From Candidatus Sulfomarinibacteraceae bacterium (GTDB lineage: Bacteria > Acidobacteriota > Thermoanaerobaculia > Thermoanaerobaculales > Sulfomarinibacteraceae): 64,000 nt of DNA. The notes under the pieces were generated by a model. The model was not told where the DNA came from. It saw nothing but the letters and a program-made list of their open reading frames with translations, and searched no databases. Below are positions 42,014 to 51,696 of the stretch, in pieces. Both the position numbers and the translations under genes were made by a program. Numbering within the stretch: position 1 is the first letter of the stretch; each line of letters begins with the position of its first letter. The stretch covers positions 416,001 to 480,000 of the forward strand of contig CAWCLO010000001.1 of NCBI GenBank assembly GCA_963796455.1, written 5' to 3'.

Positions 42014-43255
42014 ATGGCCCGCTTCCATTTCGAATGCATCGAATGCGGTGAGGAATTCGCCGAAGATCCAAACCGCTATGTTTGCTCGAGCTGCACGGGA
42101 AAACAGGAACCCGGGGGCACGATTCGCGGCGTGCTCGAAATCGTTCTCAAGGCATTGCCCAAGGACTGGCCGAATTTCCGCGCCTCGGATCCAGAGTTTC
42201 TGCACGCCTTCTGGCCGATCAGCGATGAAAGAAGCCTGCCCCCCATCCCGGTCGGAGACACACCTCTGCTGACAGTCCCACGGCTGCGCGAAGAACTGTC
42301 CATGCCCTCTCTCTTTCTCAAGGATGACACCAGGAATCCGTCGGGGTCGACCAAGGACCGGGCGTCTTTGTTGGTGGTCGCCAAGGCCATCGAGTACGGT
42401 TGTGACACAGTGGCCACCGCGTCGACTGGAAACGCGGCCTCCGCTCTGGGGACGATCACCGCCGCGGCAGGGGTTCGGGCCGTCGTTCTGGTGCCCGCGA
42501 CGGCACCGGCGGCCAAACTGGTGCAGATGCAGAGCTACGGCGCCCGGGTCATTCCGGTCGATGGAACCTATGACGACGCCTTCGAATTGTGTACGCAGGC
42601 GTGCAACCATTTCGGCTGGTACAACCGAAGCACCGCCCTCAACCCCTTCACCATCGAAGGTAAAAAGACGGCAGGACTGGAAATCGCCGCGGCGATGGCC
42701 GACGGATACCCCGACGTGGTGCTGATCCCCTCCGGCGATGGGGTGATCCTGGCAGGCCTCGCCAAGGGATTCAAGGATCTCGAAGCCGCTGGGATTCTCC
42801 CTCACCGACCCCGCTTGATCGCGGTGCAGCCCGAAGGATCGTCGGCAATCGTCGACGCCCTGCGATCCGGGGCCGACCAGGCTTCGAAACACCTCGGAGC
42901 CGCCAGCGCCGCCGACAGCCTGACAGTCGAGATGCCGCGGAACGGCATCGGCTGTCTGGCGGAGATCCGAGCCTCCGATGGTTCAGGTGTCTGCGTTTCC
43001 GACGACGCGATCGTACGGGCAATTCCGCGGCTCGCATCGAGCACCGGGGTTTTCGCGGAGCCCGCAGCAGCAGCCGTCCTGGCCGGTCTCGAAACTGCGC
43101 TCGAGGAGGGCCTCGTCGAACGCGACGAACGGGTGGTCCTGATGGTGACCGGAAACGGGCTGAAGGACGTGGCAACCGCGTCGAGGGCTCTCACTTCACC
43201 CGAGCCCGTCGAACCGACCCTCAAGGCGATCGAAGAGAGGGTCGCTGGCTCCTAG
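42014..43255 (+). CDS. thrC: Threonine synthase-like PLP enzyme with N-terminal Zn-ribbon
   Basis: CIECG...CSSC, GDTPL, NPSGSTKDR, ASTGNAA, IEGKKT, FAEPAAA and VTGNGLKD. TACAAT immediately upstream suggests a leaderless mRNA. Confidence 0.8.
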   Translation: MARFHFECIECGEEFAEDPNRYVCSSCTGKQEPGGTIRGVLEIVLKALPKDWPNFRASDPEFLHAFWPISDERSLPPIPVGDTPLLTVPRLREELSMPSLFLKDDTRNPSGSTKDRASLLVVAKAIEYGCDTVATASTGNAASALGTITAAAGVRAVVLVPATAPAAKLVQMQSYGARVIPVDGTYDDAFELCTQACNHFGWYNRSTALNPFTIEGKKTAGLEIAAAMADGYPDVVLIPSGDGVILAGLAKGFKDLEAAGILPHRPRLIAVQPEGSSAIVDALRSGADQASKHLGAASAADSLTVEMPRNGIGCLAEIRASDGSGVCVSDDAIVRAIPRLASSTGVFAEPAAAAVLAGLETALEEGLVERDERVVLMVTGNGLKDVATASRALTSPEPVEPTLKAIEERVAGS

Positions 43256-43290
43256 CCTCGGCGTCGCGGATGAAAACATCAGGGCCCGCT

Positions 43291-43609
43291 TGTCATCCTG
43301 AGCGTGGGAGCAGAGATACCGCAGATCACGCAGACGAACGCAGAAAAAGCTGAACAGCGCTGTCCGATAAATCTGCGTCTATCTGCGCCATCTGCGGTTT
43401 GCAGCGCGTCCGGGTGAGGAGCTTCTTTCGAGCTGCCAGGCGCAGGCAGAGGAATATTCAACCATTGATCGCGGCGTGCTGCTCCTCGAATTGAGCGGCC
43501 GGTTTGGGATCGCGCCAACAAATGGCACAACAAGGGACGAAGGAGTGTTCGGTGCCGACCGTCCCACAGATCCTTCGACTCGCTCGTGTTGCTCGCTCGC
43601 TCAGGATGA
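43291..43609. repeat. Second REP-like element with a nested CGCAGA/TCTGCG inverted repeat
   Basis: TGTCATCCTGAGCG at 43,291 and AGATCCTTCGACT...CGCTCAGGATGA at 43,568-43,609. Internal CCGCAGATCACGCAGA...TCTGCGCCATCTGCGG. Confidence 0.75.
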
Positions 43610-43650
43610 AATGATGACCCGCCGGCGAAGCCGGCGGGTCATCATTTCAT
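43606..43650. terminator. 21-bp perfect hairpin between convergent transcription units
   Basis: ATGAAATGATGACCCGCCGGC-GAA-GCCGGCGGGTCATCATTTCAT. Confidence 0.7.
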
Positions 43651-44027
43651 TTCGGTCCGACGATCTTCGAGGTCTCCTCGGCTCCGGGAACGACGATTCG
43701 CGACATCTCTTTGCGCTGCATCTCCTTGACCTCTTCGATCATGGCTTCGACGGCGGTCTGGATGGCCGCCGGGAAGCGTTCGATGGCCGCCTTGAGATTC
43801 TCGGCTTCGATTTTTGTCTGCACCGGCACCGGCCCGACCTGCGACATGAGCTGGGTCTCGCCGACATAAACCATCGGCCGCCCCAAGTCTCTGTCACCGT
43901 CGGTTGTGACCGGAGTGAGTTGTTTCAACGAACCGACTCGAAGATCGGTGTAGACCTCTTCACGATAAAGGTTCTTTTCGTCCAGCTTGATTTCGGACAA
44001 TGCCTGGGTCTGCGGGTCATCCATCAT
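43647..44027 (-). CDS. Conserved hypothetical cytoplasmic protein
   Basis: NLYREEVYTDLRVGSLKQLTPV...SRIVVP. GAGGAGG SD. Confidence 0.8.
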   Translation of the reverse strand: MMDDPQTQALSEIKLDEKNLYREEVYTDLRVGSLKQLTPVTTDGDRDLGRPMVYVGETQLMSQVGPVPVQTKIEAENLKAAIERFPAAIQTAVEAMIEEVKEMQRKEMSRIVVPGAEETSKIVGPK

Positions 44028-44033
44028 TCCTCC

Positions 44034-44807
44034 TCATTTGTCAGACGGGAGCGACCATTGCGGATCGGCCGCCATCCCGAGAAATTCTTCTGATTCTTTC
44101 ATCAAGAGATTGACGCGTTCTTCGAGGTCCTGGCGGTGCGTCTCGAGCTCGGCACCGTCAAATTTCCTCGGGACAGTGTAGGGCTCCCCGACGCTGATGA
44201 CCACCCGGGAAAAAGGTTTTGGGACCAGATGGTGATCCCAGGTCGGCAGACGCCAGGCGCTCCTCGCAGCAAACCCTATCGGTACGATGGGCACGTCCGA
44301 CATCCGGGCCACCATGATCGCGCCGGGTTTACAGTAATGGCGTGGGCCTTTTGAACCATCAAGAGTGATACACGGAGACATACCGTCTTCGCAGATTGCC
44401 CGTTTGAGCCCTCGAAGCGCCGCCGCGCCACTCCTACGAGCCGATCCACGGACCGCCTTGCCTCCGAATTGGGCCAGCAACTGCACCCCGATTTCGCCAT
44501 CGACCGAGGGACTGATCAAAAAAGTGGGATTGAGGCCCTCGCCACCGATTCGAGCGATGAAACGACCAACGACGATCAGGCCTTCGTGCCAGATCGCATA
44601 CACCACCGGCTGTTTCTCACCAGCCAAACGACGAAACCCATCCGATTCAAGAAATTCGAAACGAAAAAGCCACCAGATGAACCTGACGAACATGGCCAGC
44701 AGCGGCGCCAGAATGGCAAAGAGCCATCGCCTCCACCACGTCAGTTCTCGAGGTCGATCGGCCGCACGTTGCGATTTGGGCTGGGGTGGTTGTTTTGCTT
44801 CATTCAT
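44034..44807 (-). CDS. DUF374/lysophospholipid acyltransferase-like protein
   Basis: YAIWH, ISPSVDGE, VRGSARR, TLDGSKGP and TWDHHLVPKPFSR. Confidence 0.85.
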   Translation of the reverse strand: MNEAKQPPQPKSQRAADRPRELTWWRRWLFAILAPLLAMFVRFIWWLFRFEFLESDGFRRLAGEKQPVVYAIWHEGLIVVGRFIARIGGEGLNPTFLISPSVDGEIGVQLLAQFGGKAVRGSARRSGAAALRGLKRAICEDGMSPCITLDGSKGPRHYCKPGAIMVARMSDVPIVPIGFAARSAWRLPTWDHHLVPKPFSRVVISVGEPYTVPRKFDGAELETHRQDLEERVNLLMKESEEFLGMAADPQWSLPSDK

Positions 44808-44848
44808 CGGTATTCCGCATCGGATCGCAGGGATGGTACCACGGCGAT

Positions 44849-47041
44849 TCAGGCTTCTCCGAGGTGATGGTAACTGGGTGACGGGCCGACCTCGATCTCG
44901 AAACCGACCGGCGTCTTCAGCTTCTGACCGTCACGACCGATCGATTGCAGCGCCGGACGCGGGAGGCGTTCGTGCCCGGGACCGACCGCGCTCCAAGCAA
45001 CAACAATTTCCTCACCATCCAGTGTGAATCGATAGAGAAAACGGCCGTCCTTCGAGGGAAGTGGTCCGTGAAAGAGCGCACCATCAAGCTCGCTGTGGAG
45101 CGTCCGCAATGCCGCGAATGCAGGCCGTCGCCGCAGCGTACCATCATTCCCGGGCGCCGCAAGGCCATAACCCCGTGCCGCCAATCGCCACCAGAACACA
45201 CGCTCCACCAGACCGGTGCCCAGGGCGAGCAGGTAGTAACGAACCAGGTAGTCGGCGTGTTCTTCTTCATTCACCGAGACCGTCTTACCGGCCGGCGAGT
45301 GCGGCCCCTCCCACAACGGCCAATTGACCTCGGTGATCCAACAGCGTTCGCTTGAGTTGCGGCCGGTCTCGGCAATCGCACGAAGCAGGGTGACTTTATC
45401 GATGGTATCGAGCCCCATCTGCCGGTTTTCGGGCGCGCCGCGGCGATCCACGTACAGCAAGCTCGAGACCGCATCGAAGTGAAGGCCCGGATAGCGGCCG
45501 TTCACCAGGGCCAATATGGACTGAAACTCGAAGTCGATCACCGCCGGTCCGAGAACCTCGACGCCCGGCCTCCTGCGAAGGATATCAGCCGCTTCGAGAT
45601 AAAGGTCTACATACTCGCCGTGGGTCCACACCCCCCACTTGCTGCGGTTGATCGCTTGACCAACCTGAAATCGACAACCAAGGGGTGAAAAGAGATCCGC
45701 CAATTCTTCCACCGCAGCTCGCCAACGGGAACGATCTCGAACCAGATCCCGATTCTGGGGGATGACAAACGCCAGCTCACGGCCCCGCTCGGAAAGGGCC
45801 CTGGCAAGATCGAGCTCGGCCGAGTGATCGTCATCCCAGGGATGGAGGCGGATCAGCAGCTGTCGCACACCGAGATCATCGATCGCATCGAGATGGGCTG
45901 CCGGATCGATGGGAAATGGCCGCAGGGCGAGCCCGATTCCGGTGAACGGGCTCGGCTGTGAATAAAGGGACGATTTCAGACTGCGATAGCGCCGCAACGT
46001 TCTGGGCAAGGCGCCGGCGCTCACCACCAGGTCCCGGATGTGGGAAGGGCTGTCGGCGAAACGAATCGCATATTTTTCGAATTTCGTCGCGTGCTGGTGT
46101 GGCTGGTCCGAGAGGTGATCCCAGACGGCACGATCGCGGGTCGAGGCACCTTCGTGGGCAGCCGGAATGTGCGGATGATGCGAACCACCGTGGGCGTGGC
46201 GCCGTTTCAGACGAAACTTTCGAAGTGGCTTTTTGATCGCGTGTTTGAGGATATACCCGTCAACCGACAGACCGTAGAACCACCACCGGAACGACCAGCG
46301 GGGCGGCACCTTTCCCCAGTAGCCGTCGAGAAATGCTTCGCGGTGTTTTTTCTGGAGTACCGGGAGTCGGCAGATATCGCGAGTCCGCCGGTACACCCCG
46401 AGCGTTCTACCGGTTCTTGCACGGTTGAAGTCGATGAGGAAGAGCTCGAGTTCGCCGTCATCGCCAGCGACCGCGAGGATGTTGCCTAGCGAGAGATCGC
46501 GATAGAGGATGCCGGCATCGTTGATGCGTCGCGCCAGTTGACCGAGCCGTTTGAGAAATGCCGCGTCATCGACCACCGGGAAGTCGCTCTCCCCAGCCTC
46601 ATGATTGAGGCGACGAAAAAACTGCCGCACTTCGACGGCACCGACAAGACGGCGGGCGACAAAGAAGGACGGGCCCTCGATCTCGTCGCTCTCCCCCCAC
46701 AAAAGCGGGTCCGGTGTGGCCAAACCTGCCCGGAGGAGTTCCTTCGCGACCCGCCAACTGCGCTCGGCCTTGCTGCCGCGAAACTTCCGATCGAGACGTT
46801 TTCGCAGACCCTGGTTCGAAAACTGTTTGACCACCGCCGGCACAGCGGATTCTTCGCTGTTCAGATCGACCGCGTAAATATAGTTGCGGCCCCAATGGAT
46901 GGTTTCCACCGATGCTGACGGGTCGCAGATTCTGGCGATTTCCGTCGCTCCATCCTTTGGTCTGTAGGCGACCGCAAATTCGCCGCGCAGAGGCGCGCCG
47001 GAAAATTCTTCAAAGAGTGGAATTCGGGTCTCATCCGACAT
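44849..47041 (-). CDS. LPS kinase (Kdo/WaaP/InaA-like) fused to a glycoside hydrolase-like TIM barrel
   Basis: Kinase motifs VVKQF, SKAERSW, YRDLSLGNIL and LIDFNR. C-terminal LIRLHPWD, GPAVIDFE, LLYVDRRGAPEN and WITEVNWP. Confidence 0.85.
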   Translation of the reverse strand: MSDETRIPLFEEFSGAPLRGEFAVAYRPKDGATEIARICDPSASVETIHWGRNYIYAVDLNSEESAVPAVVKQFSNQGLRKRLDRKFRGSKAERSWRVAKELLRAGLATPDPLLWGESDEIEGPSFFVARRLVGAVEVRQFFRRLNHEAGESDFPVVDDAAFLKRLGQLARRINDAGILYRDLSLGNILAVAGDDGELELFLIDFNRARTGRTLGVYRRTRDICRLPVLQKKHREAFLDGYWGKVPPRWSFRWWFYGLSVDGYILKHAIKKPLRKFRLKRRHAHGGSHHPHIPAAHEGASTRDRAVWDHLSDQPHQHATKFEKYAIRFADSPSHIRDLVVSAGALPRTLRRYRSLKSSLYSQPSPFTGIGLALRPFPIDPAAHLDAIDDLGVRQLLIRLHPWDDDHSAELDLARALSERGRELAFVIPQNRDLVRDRSRWRAAVEELADLFSPLGCRFQVGQAINRSKWGVWTHGEYVDLYLEAADILRRRPGVEVLGPAVIDFEFQSILALVNGRYPGLHFDAVSSLLYVDRRGAPENRQMGLDTIDKVTLLRAIAETGRNSSERCWITEVNWPLWEGPHSPAGKTVSVNEEEHADYLVRYYLLALGTGLVERVFWWRLAARGYGLAAPGNDGTLRRRPAFAALRTLHSELDGALFHGPLPSKDGRFLYRFTLDGEEIVVAWSAVGPGHERLPRPALQSIGRDGQKLKTPVGFEIEVGPSPSYHHLGEA

Positions 47042-47091
47042 CGGCGGAGAATACCATCGCGCTCGGATCCGCGTCCGAAATAATCACCCGA

Positions 47092-48303
47092 TCAGGAGCC
47101 GAGGATGCGCTCGAACTCTTCGGGACGCGAACTGCGAACCCTGGCCTCCTCGCCATTGATCGCGCCCGCACGGACAAGATCTGCGAGTGACTGCTCCATC
47201 GACACCATGCCCCTGCTTCGGCCGCCAACCAATTCGTCGTAAAGACGATCCAGATGCCCGCGACGAACATGGTTGCGAACGGCATAGCTGGCCCGCAACA
47301 CCTCCACTGCAGGAACACGACCTCCCCCATCCATCGTCGGAACCAATTGTTGACAGACGATCGCGCTCAACGACATCGACAGCTGCTGACTGATCTGCGC
47401 CTGTTGGTTGGCGGGAAAGACATCGATCATCCGGTGGACCGCCTGCGCGACATCACTCGTGTGGAGCGTGGAGAGGATGAGGTGTCCTGTTTCGGCGGCG
47501 GTTATCGCCGTGGCCATGGTCTCGAGGTCTCTCATTTCGCCGACCAGAATGATGTCGGGGTCGCGCCGCAGCGCCGACCGGAGGGCGTCAGCAAAGCTGG
47601 GGGAATCGCTGCCGACCTCGATCTGCTCGAAAACGGATCGTTGGTTCGGATGTTGATACTCGATCGGTTCTTCGATAGTGATCACGTGCCGGAATTGTGA
47701 TCGATTGACATGGTCCAGAAGCGCGGCGATGGTGGTCGACTTGCCGGAACCGGTCGGCCCACAGACCAACACCAGACCGTTTGATGGATCGACGAGGTTG
47801 ACCAGCTCTGAGGGCAGGTGGAGCGCCTCGAGGCTGGGGATCGACCGCGGCAGCGCCCGGATCGCGGCTGCGAGAAGCCCGCTCTGGCGCTGAATATTGA
47901 CCCGTAGGCGCAAAGCCTGCTCGCCTGGAACACTGAGCGAGAAATCCGCCGACCCGGTTTCGGCGATCCTCCTGGCAGCGCCGTGACCGATATTCGACTC
48001 AAAAAGGCGGCGAATGGCGTCCTTATCGATGGATCTGTCTTCCATCCGCTCCAGGCGACCGTTGACCCTCAGGACCGGAGCGCTACCTGGTACCAACACA
48101 AGATCGCTGGCGTTTCGGTGGATCATCTCGGCAACCAGACGCAGCAGCTCTCCGCCGGCTGCTGTGGGAGAACCACCCCATCCATCCAGCTCCGCCTCCT
48201 CCCGGGTGCGCAATGGGGGGGAGTTCTCGCTGTCGGGTTTGACCGACCGGTTCATCTCCTGGACCAGTCGATCGATCTCCGGATCTGGAAGGTATTTGCC
48301 CAT
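47092..48303 (-). CDS. pilT: PilT/PilU-family type IV pilus retraction ATPase
   Basis: GPTGSGKSTT, TIEEPIEY, ALRRDPDIILVGEMRD and AETGHLILSTLHT. Confidence 0.88.
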   Translation of the reverse strand: MGKYLPDPEIDRLVQEMNRSVKPDSENSPPLRTREEAELDGWGGSPTAAGGELLRLVAEMIHRNASDLVLVPGSAPVLRVNGRLERMEDRSIDKDAIRRLFESNIGHGAARRIAETGSADFSLSVPGEQALRLRVNIQRQSGLLAAAIRALPRSIPSLEALHLPSELVNLVDPSNGLVLVCGPTGSGKSTTIAALLDHVNRSQFRHVITIEEPIEYQHPNQRSVFEQIEVGSDSPSFADALRSALRRDPDIILVGEMRDLETMATAITAAETGHLILSTLHTSDVAQAVHRMIDVFPANQQAQISQQLSMSLSAIVCQQLVPTMDGGGRVPAVEVLRASYAVRNHVRRGHLDRLYDELVGGRSRGMVSMEQSLADLVRAGAINGEEARVRSSRPEEFERILGS

Positions 48304-48314
48304 CTGCCCCTATC

Positions 48315-49499
48315 TTACGGTGTCGCTTCGGCATGGGTCGGCGTTTCGGGAATTTCGATCGATCGCCCCAGGGTGTCGGCGATTGCCATCCCCGCGATCG
48401 TTGGACGGATGGTCTCGCCATCGACGAGGAGGTGGCCCGATTCTCGAAAACCTCCGATCGCGTTCCGGTTTCTTTGCCACAGATCGACCTCATACGCACG
48501 ACCGAGCGCTCCGAGATCCACACCTTCTTTGGTCCGAAGACCCAGGATCACCCGCTCGAGCAGAAGCTCGGTCGACGACAGCGTCTCCTCGCCCGCCACC
48601 GGAAGGCGGCCCGATCCGAGTGCAGACTGCCACAATCTCACTTTCTTCAGGTTCCACCACCGCCGCCCGCCGACAAAGGAATGAGCCGACGGCCCGAGGC
48701 CGAGGTACGGCGTGTGGTTCCAATATTTTAAATTGTGGTGTGACCGGTGGGCCTCTGCCGAAGCGAAGTTCGACACCTCGTAACCCTCATATCCCGCGTC
48801 GGCCAACAAGGTGTGGGTGAGGAAATAGAGCTCTGCCTGTTGCGGCTCCGGGGCCTCGTTGACCCTGCCCTCCTTGAATCGACGGCCAAAGATCGTGCCG
48901 TCATGAAAGGTCAGTTGATAGCAGCTCAGGTGATCCACACCTATTGCCACCGCCTGCCTGAGCTCCGCACGCCAATCGGCCGGAGACTGGCCGTCGAGAC
49001 CGAAGATCAGATCGAGCGAAACCGTCTCGAACCCCGCTTCGAGCAGTTCGAATGCCGCATGCTTCGCCTCAGCCGCGGTATGAGCCCGGCCGAGGAAACG
49101 AAGCGCTCGATCATCAAACGACTGGACGCCAAGGCTGACCCTGGAAAATCCCAGTCGACGCCAGATCCTCGCCGACTCGGCGGTCACGTCCTCCGGGTTG
49201 ATCTCGAGGTACCGAAACGCGTCGTTGCGAATCCGGAGGCATTCACCAACCTGATCGAGCACCTCGAGAAGCCGACCCGGGCCCAGCGACGACGGTGTGC
49301 CGCCGCCGAGGTAGACGGTGTCAAAATCCAGGTCGAGATTGCAGTAGCGCTCCGCTTCCATCCGAAGGCCCGCAGCCCAACCTGCACGGCGTTTCTCACC
49401 GGCAATCGTGACCGCAAAATCGCAATAGGGACAAACCGAGGTGCAAAAAGGAACATGGATGTACAGGCCCGCGGATTCCGACAATTCTCCGTCGATCAT
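48315..49499 (-). CDS. hemW: Radical SAM heme chaperone HemW
   Basis: YIHVPFCTSVCPYCDF, GGGTPS, SLGVQSF, YEVSNFA, HNLKYW and YLGLGPSAH. Confidence 0.92.
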   Translation of the reverse strand: MIDGELSESAGLYIHVPFCTSVCPYCDFAVTIAGEKRRAGWAAGLRMEAERYCNLDLDFDTVYLGGGTPSSLGPGRLLEVLDQVGECLRIRNDAFRYLEINPEDVTAESARIWRRLGFSRVSLGVQSFDDRALRFLGRAHTAAEAKHAAFELLEAGFETVSLDLIFGLDGQSPADWRAELRQAVAIGVDHLSCYQLTFHDGTIFGRRFKEGRVNEAPEPQQAELYFLTHTLLADAGYEGYEVSNFASAEAHRSHHNLKYWNHTPYLGLGPSAHSFVGGRRWWNLKKVRLWQSALGSGRLPVAGEETLSSTELLLERVILGLRTKEGVDLGALGRAYEVDLWQRNRNAIGGFRESGHLLVDGETIRPTIAGMAIADTLGRSIEIPETPTHAEATP

Positions 49500-49508
49500 G
49501 AAAAAGGC

Positions 49509-49619
49509 ATTTCGAATTTCGAATTTCGAATTTCGGATTTCCGCTCACCTGACCGTGAATCCGCCGTCATATCTCGCGAGAAACAAAAATCCGAAATCCG
49601 ACATCCCAAATCCGAAATC
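49509..49619. repeat. Inverted heptamer arrays (ATTTCGA)n / (AAATCCG)n
   Basis: ATTTCGAATTTCGAATTTCGAATTTCGGATTTC faces AAATCCGAAATCCGACATCCCAAATCCGAAAT between lepA and hemW. Confidence 0.8.
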
Positions 49620-51414
49620 AATCTTTATCCGTCTTCAGCACCGCAACAAATGCCGATTGCGGGATCTCCACCGAACCCACCATCTTCATCCGCGCCTTGC
49701 CCTTCTTCTGCTTCTCGAGGAGTTTTCGTTTGCGGGAGATGTCGCCTCCGTAACACTTGGCGGTCACATCCTTGCGGTAGGCGTTGATCGTCTTGCGGGC
49801 GATGACATCACCACCGATGGCACCCTGGATGGCGATCTTGAACTGCTGCTTCGGAATCGTGTCGGCGAGCCGGTCGCAATAGTGGAGGGCGCGCGCGCGG
49901 GCCTTCTCCACGTGGACGAGCTGGGCCAGGGCATCCACCGGTTCACCATTGACCAGAATATCCACCTTGACGAGCTCGGCGGGTCGATAGTCGAGCATCT
50001 CGTAGTCAAAGGAACCATAACCCTGGGTCACCGATTTGAGGCGATCATAAAAATCGAAGAGCACCTCGGCGAGCGGCATCTCAGACGTCAGCTCGACCCG
50101 ACCCACCGCCAGATAAGTGAAGGTCGTGTTTTCACCCCGCCGATCGCGGCACAATTCCATCACCGATCCGACATAGCGCTCCGGCATCATCACCGAGGCC
50201 TTGATGAAGGGTTCCTTTGCTTCTTCGATGGTTCCGCGATCGGGGTAGAGGCTCGGGTTGTCGATCCAGCCTTCGCTTCCATCGGTGCGGCGCACCAGAT
50301 AGCGCACCGACGGCGCCGAAAGAATCAGGGAAAGATCGTACTCGCGGCGCAGCCTTTCCTGAACCACTTCGAGGTGAAGCAAACCGAGGAAGCCGCAACG
50401 AAATCCAAATCCGAGGGCCACCGACGAGTCTTTTTCGTAGGTCAGTGCGGCGTCGTTGAGTTTGAGCTTTTCCAGCGCCTTGGTCAATTCGCGATACTCG
50501 TCGGTCGACATCGGATAGATCGAGGAGAAGACCACCGGTTTCGCCTCTTTGTAGCCGGGCAGGGGATCCGCCGCCGGATTGTCCGTTTCGGTGATGGTGT
50601 CGCCCACCGCGATGTCGGAAACCGCTTTCACGCCAGCAATCACATAGCCCACCATCCCGGCTGCAAGCTCCTCCGTCTTGACCTTCTTCAGCTGCAGCAA
50701 TCCGACTTCCTCGACCACATACTCCTTATCGGTGTGCATCAGAAGGACCCGCCGGCCCGGACGCATCGTTCCTTCCATGACCCGTACCAACAAGACAGCG
50801 CCTCGATATGGATCGTATTGAGCGTCGAAGATCAACGCCTGAAGGGGGGCTTCCGGGTCCCCGGTCGGAGGAGGCAGACGATGTACGATAGCCTCCAATA
50901 CGTCCTCGATGCCTTGCCCGGTTTTGGCCGAACACAACACGGCCTCTGAGGAATCGAGACCGAGGTCCTCGTCAATCTCCTCGCTGACTCTTTCGACATC
51001 GGCAGCGGGAAGATCGATCTTGTTGATGACCGGCACCATCTCGAGATCGTGTTCGAGGGCCAGATACAGATTGGCCACCGTCTGGGCCTCGACACCCTGC
51101 GAAGCATCCACCAGCAACAGCGCGCCCTCGCACGACATCAACGACCGCCTCACCTCGTGGGAGAAGTCCACGTGGCCCGGGGTGTCGATGAGATTGAGCT
51201 TGTAGGTCTGTCCGTTTTTGGCCGTGTAGTCGAGGGTCACGGTGTTCGATTTGATGGTGATGCCGCGCTCGCGTTCGATGTCCATCGAATCGAGGATCTG
51301 ATCCCGGAAGTCACGATCCGCGACGCCGCCACAGAACTGGATCAACCGATCGGCAAGCGTCGACTTGCCGTGATCGATATGGGCGATGATGCAGAAACTC
51401 CGAACCTGATCCAC
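49618..51414 (-). CDS. lepA: Elongation factor 4
   Basis: IIAHIDHGKSTLADR, ERERGITIK, DTPGHVDF, GFRCGFLGLLH and RKDVTAKCYGGDISRKRKLL. Confidence 0.98.
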   Translation of the reverse strand: MDQVRSFCIIAHIDHGKSTLADRLIQFCGGVADRDFRDQILDSMDIERERGITIKSNTVTLDYTAKNGQTYKLNLIDTPGHVDFSHEVRRSLMSCEGALLLVDASQGVEAQTVANLYLALEHDLEMVPVINKIDLPAADVERVSEEIDEDLGLDSSEAVLCSAKTGQGIEDVLEAIVHRLPPPTGDPEAPLQALIFDAQYDPYRGAVLLVRVMEGTMRPGRRVLLMHTDKEYVVEEVGLLQLKKVKTEELAAGMVGYVIAGVKAVSDIAVGDTITETDNPAADPLPGYKEAKPVVFSSIYPMSTDEYRELTKALEKLKLNDAALTYEKDSSVALGFGFRCGFLGLLHLEVVQERLRREYDLSLILSAPSVRYLVRRTDGSEGWIDNPSLYPDRGTIEEAKEPFIKASVMMPERYVGSVMELCRDRRGENTTFTYLAVGRVELTSEMPLAEVLFDFYDRLKSVTQGYGSFDYEMLDYRPAELVKVDILVNGEPVDALAQLVHVEKARARALHYCDRLADTIPKQQFKIAIQGAIGGDVIARKTINAYRKDVTAKCYGGDISRKRKLLEKQKKGKARMKMVGSVEIPQSAFVAVLKTDKD

Positions 51415-51696
51415 TGAATTTCCTCCGGGGAACCGCGGGGGCGGTAGAAGGCATTATCGCGGAAAACCCCGTTTCACGCCAGCCGAGGTCTTCCGACCAC
51501 GTCGAGCTCATCAACTTGCGGCACGATCCTCGAGGTTCCGGGCCTCCCGCAATCAACGGATCGCATGCTCCGACGAGCAACGGGTTGAGACCGAGGGCTG
51601 CCTCGATGCTGCGGCGCGCGGCCGCTTCCCTGTCGGGAAAAAACGCCTTTTACATGATCCTGACTCCAAACGCGCCCAAAACAGCTATCCTGAGGC

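Noticed and set aside
41652..43609. Composite transposon around the thrC-like gene formed by the two REP-like elements
   Set aside because: No transposase or target duplication is evident, and such elements are commonly scattered between genes.
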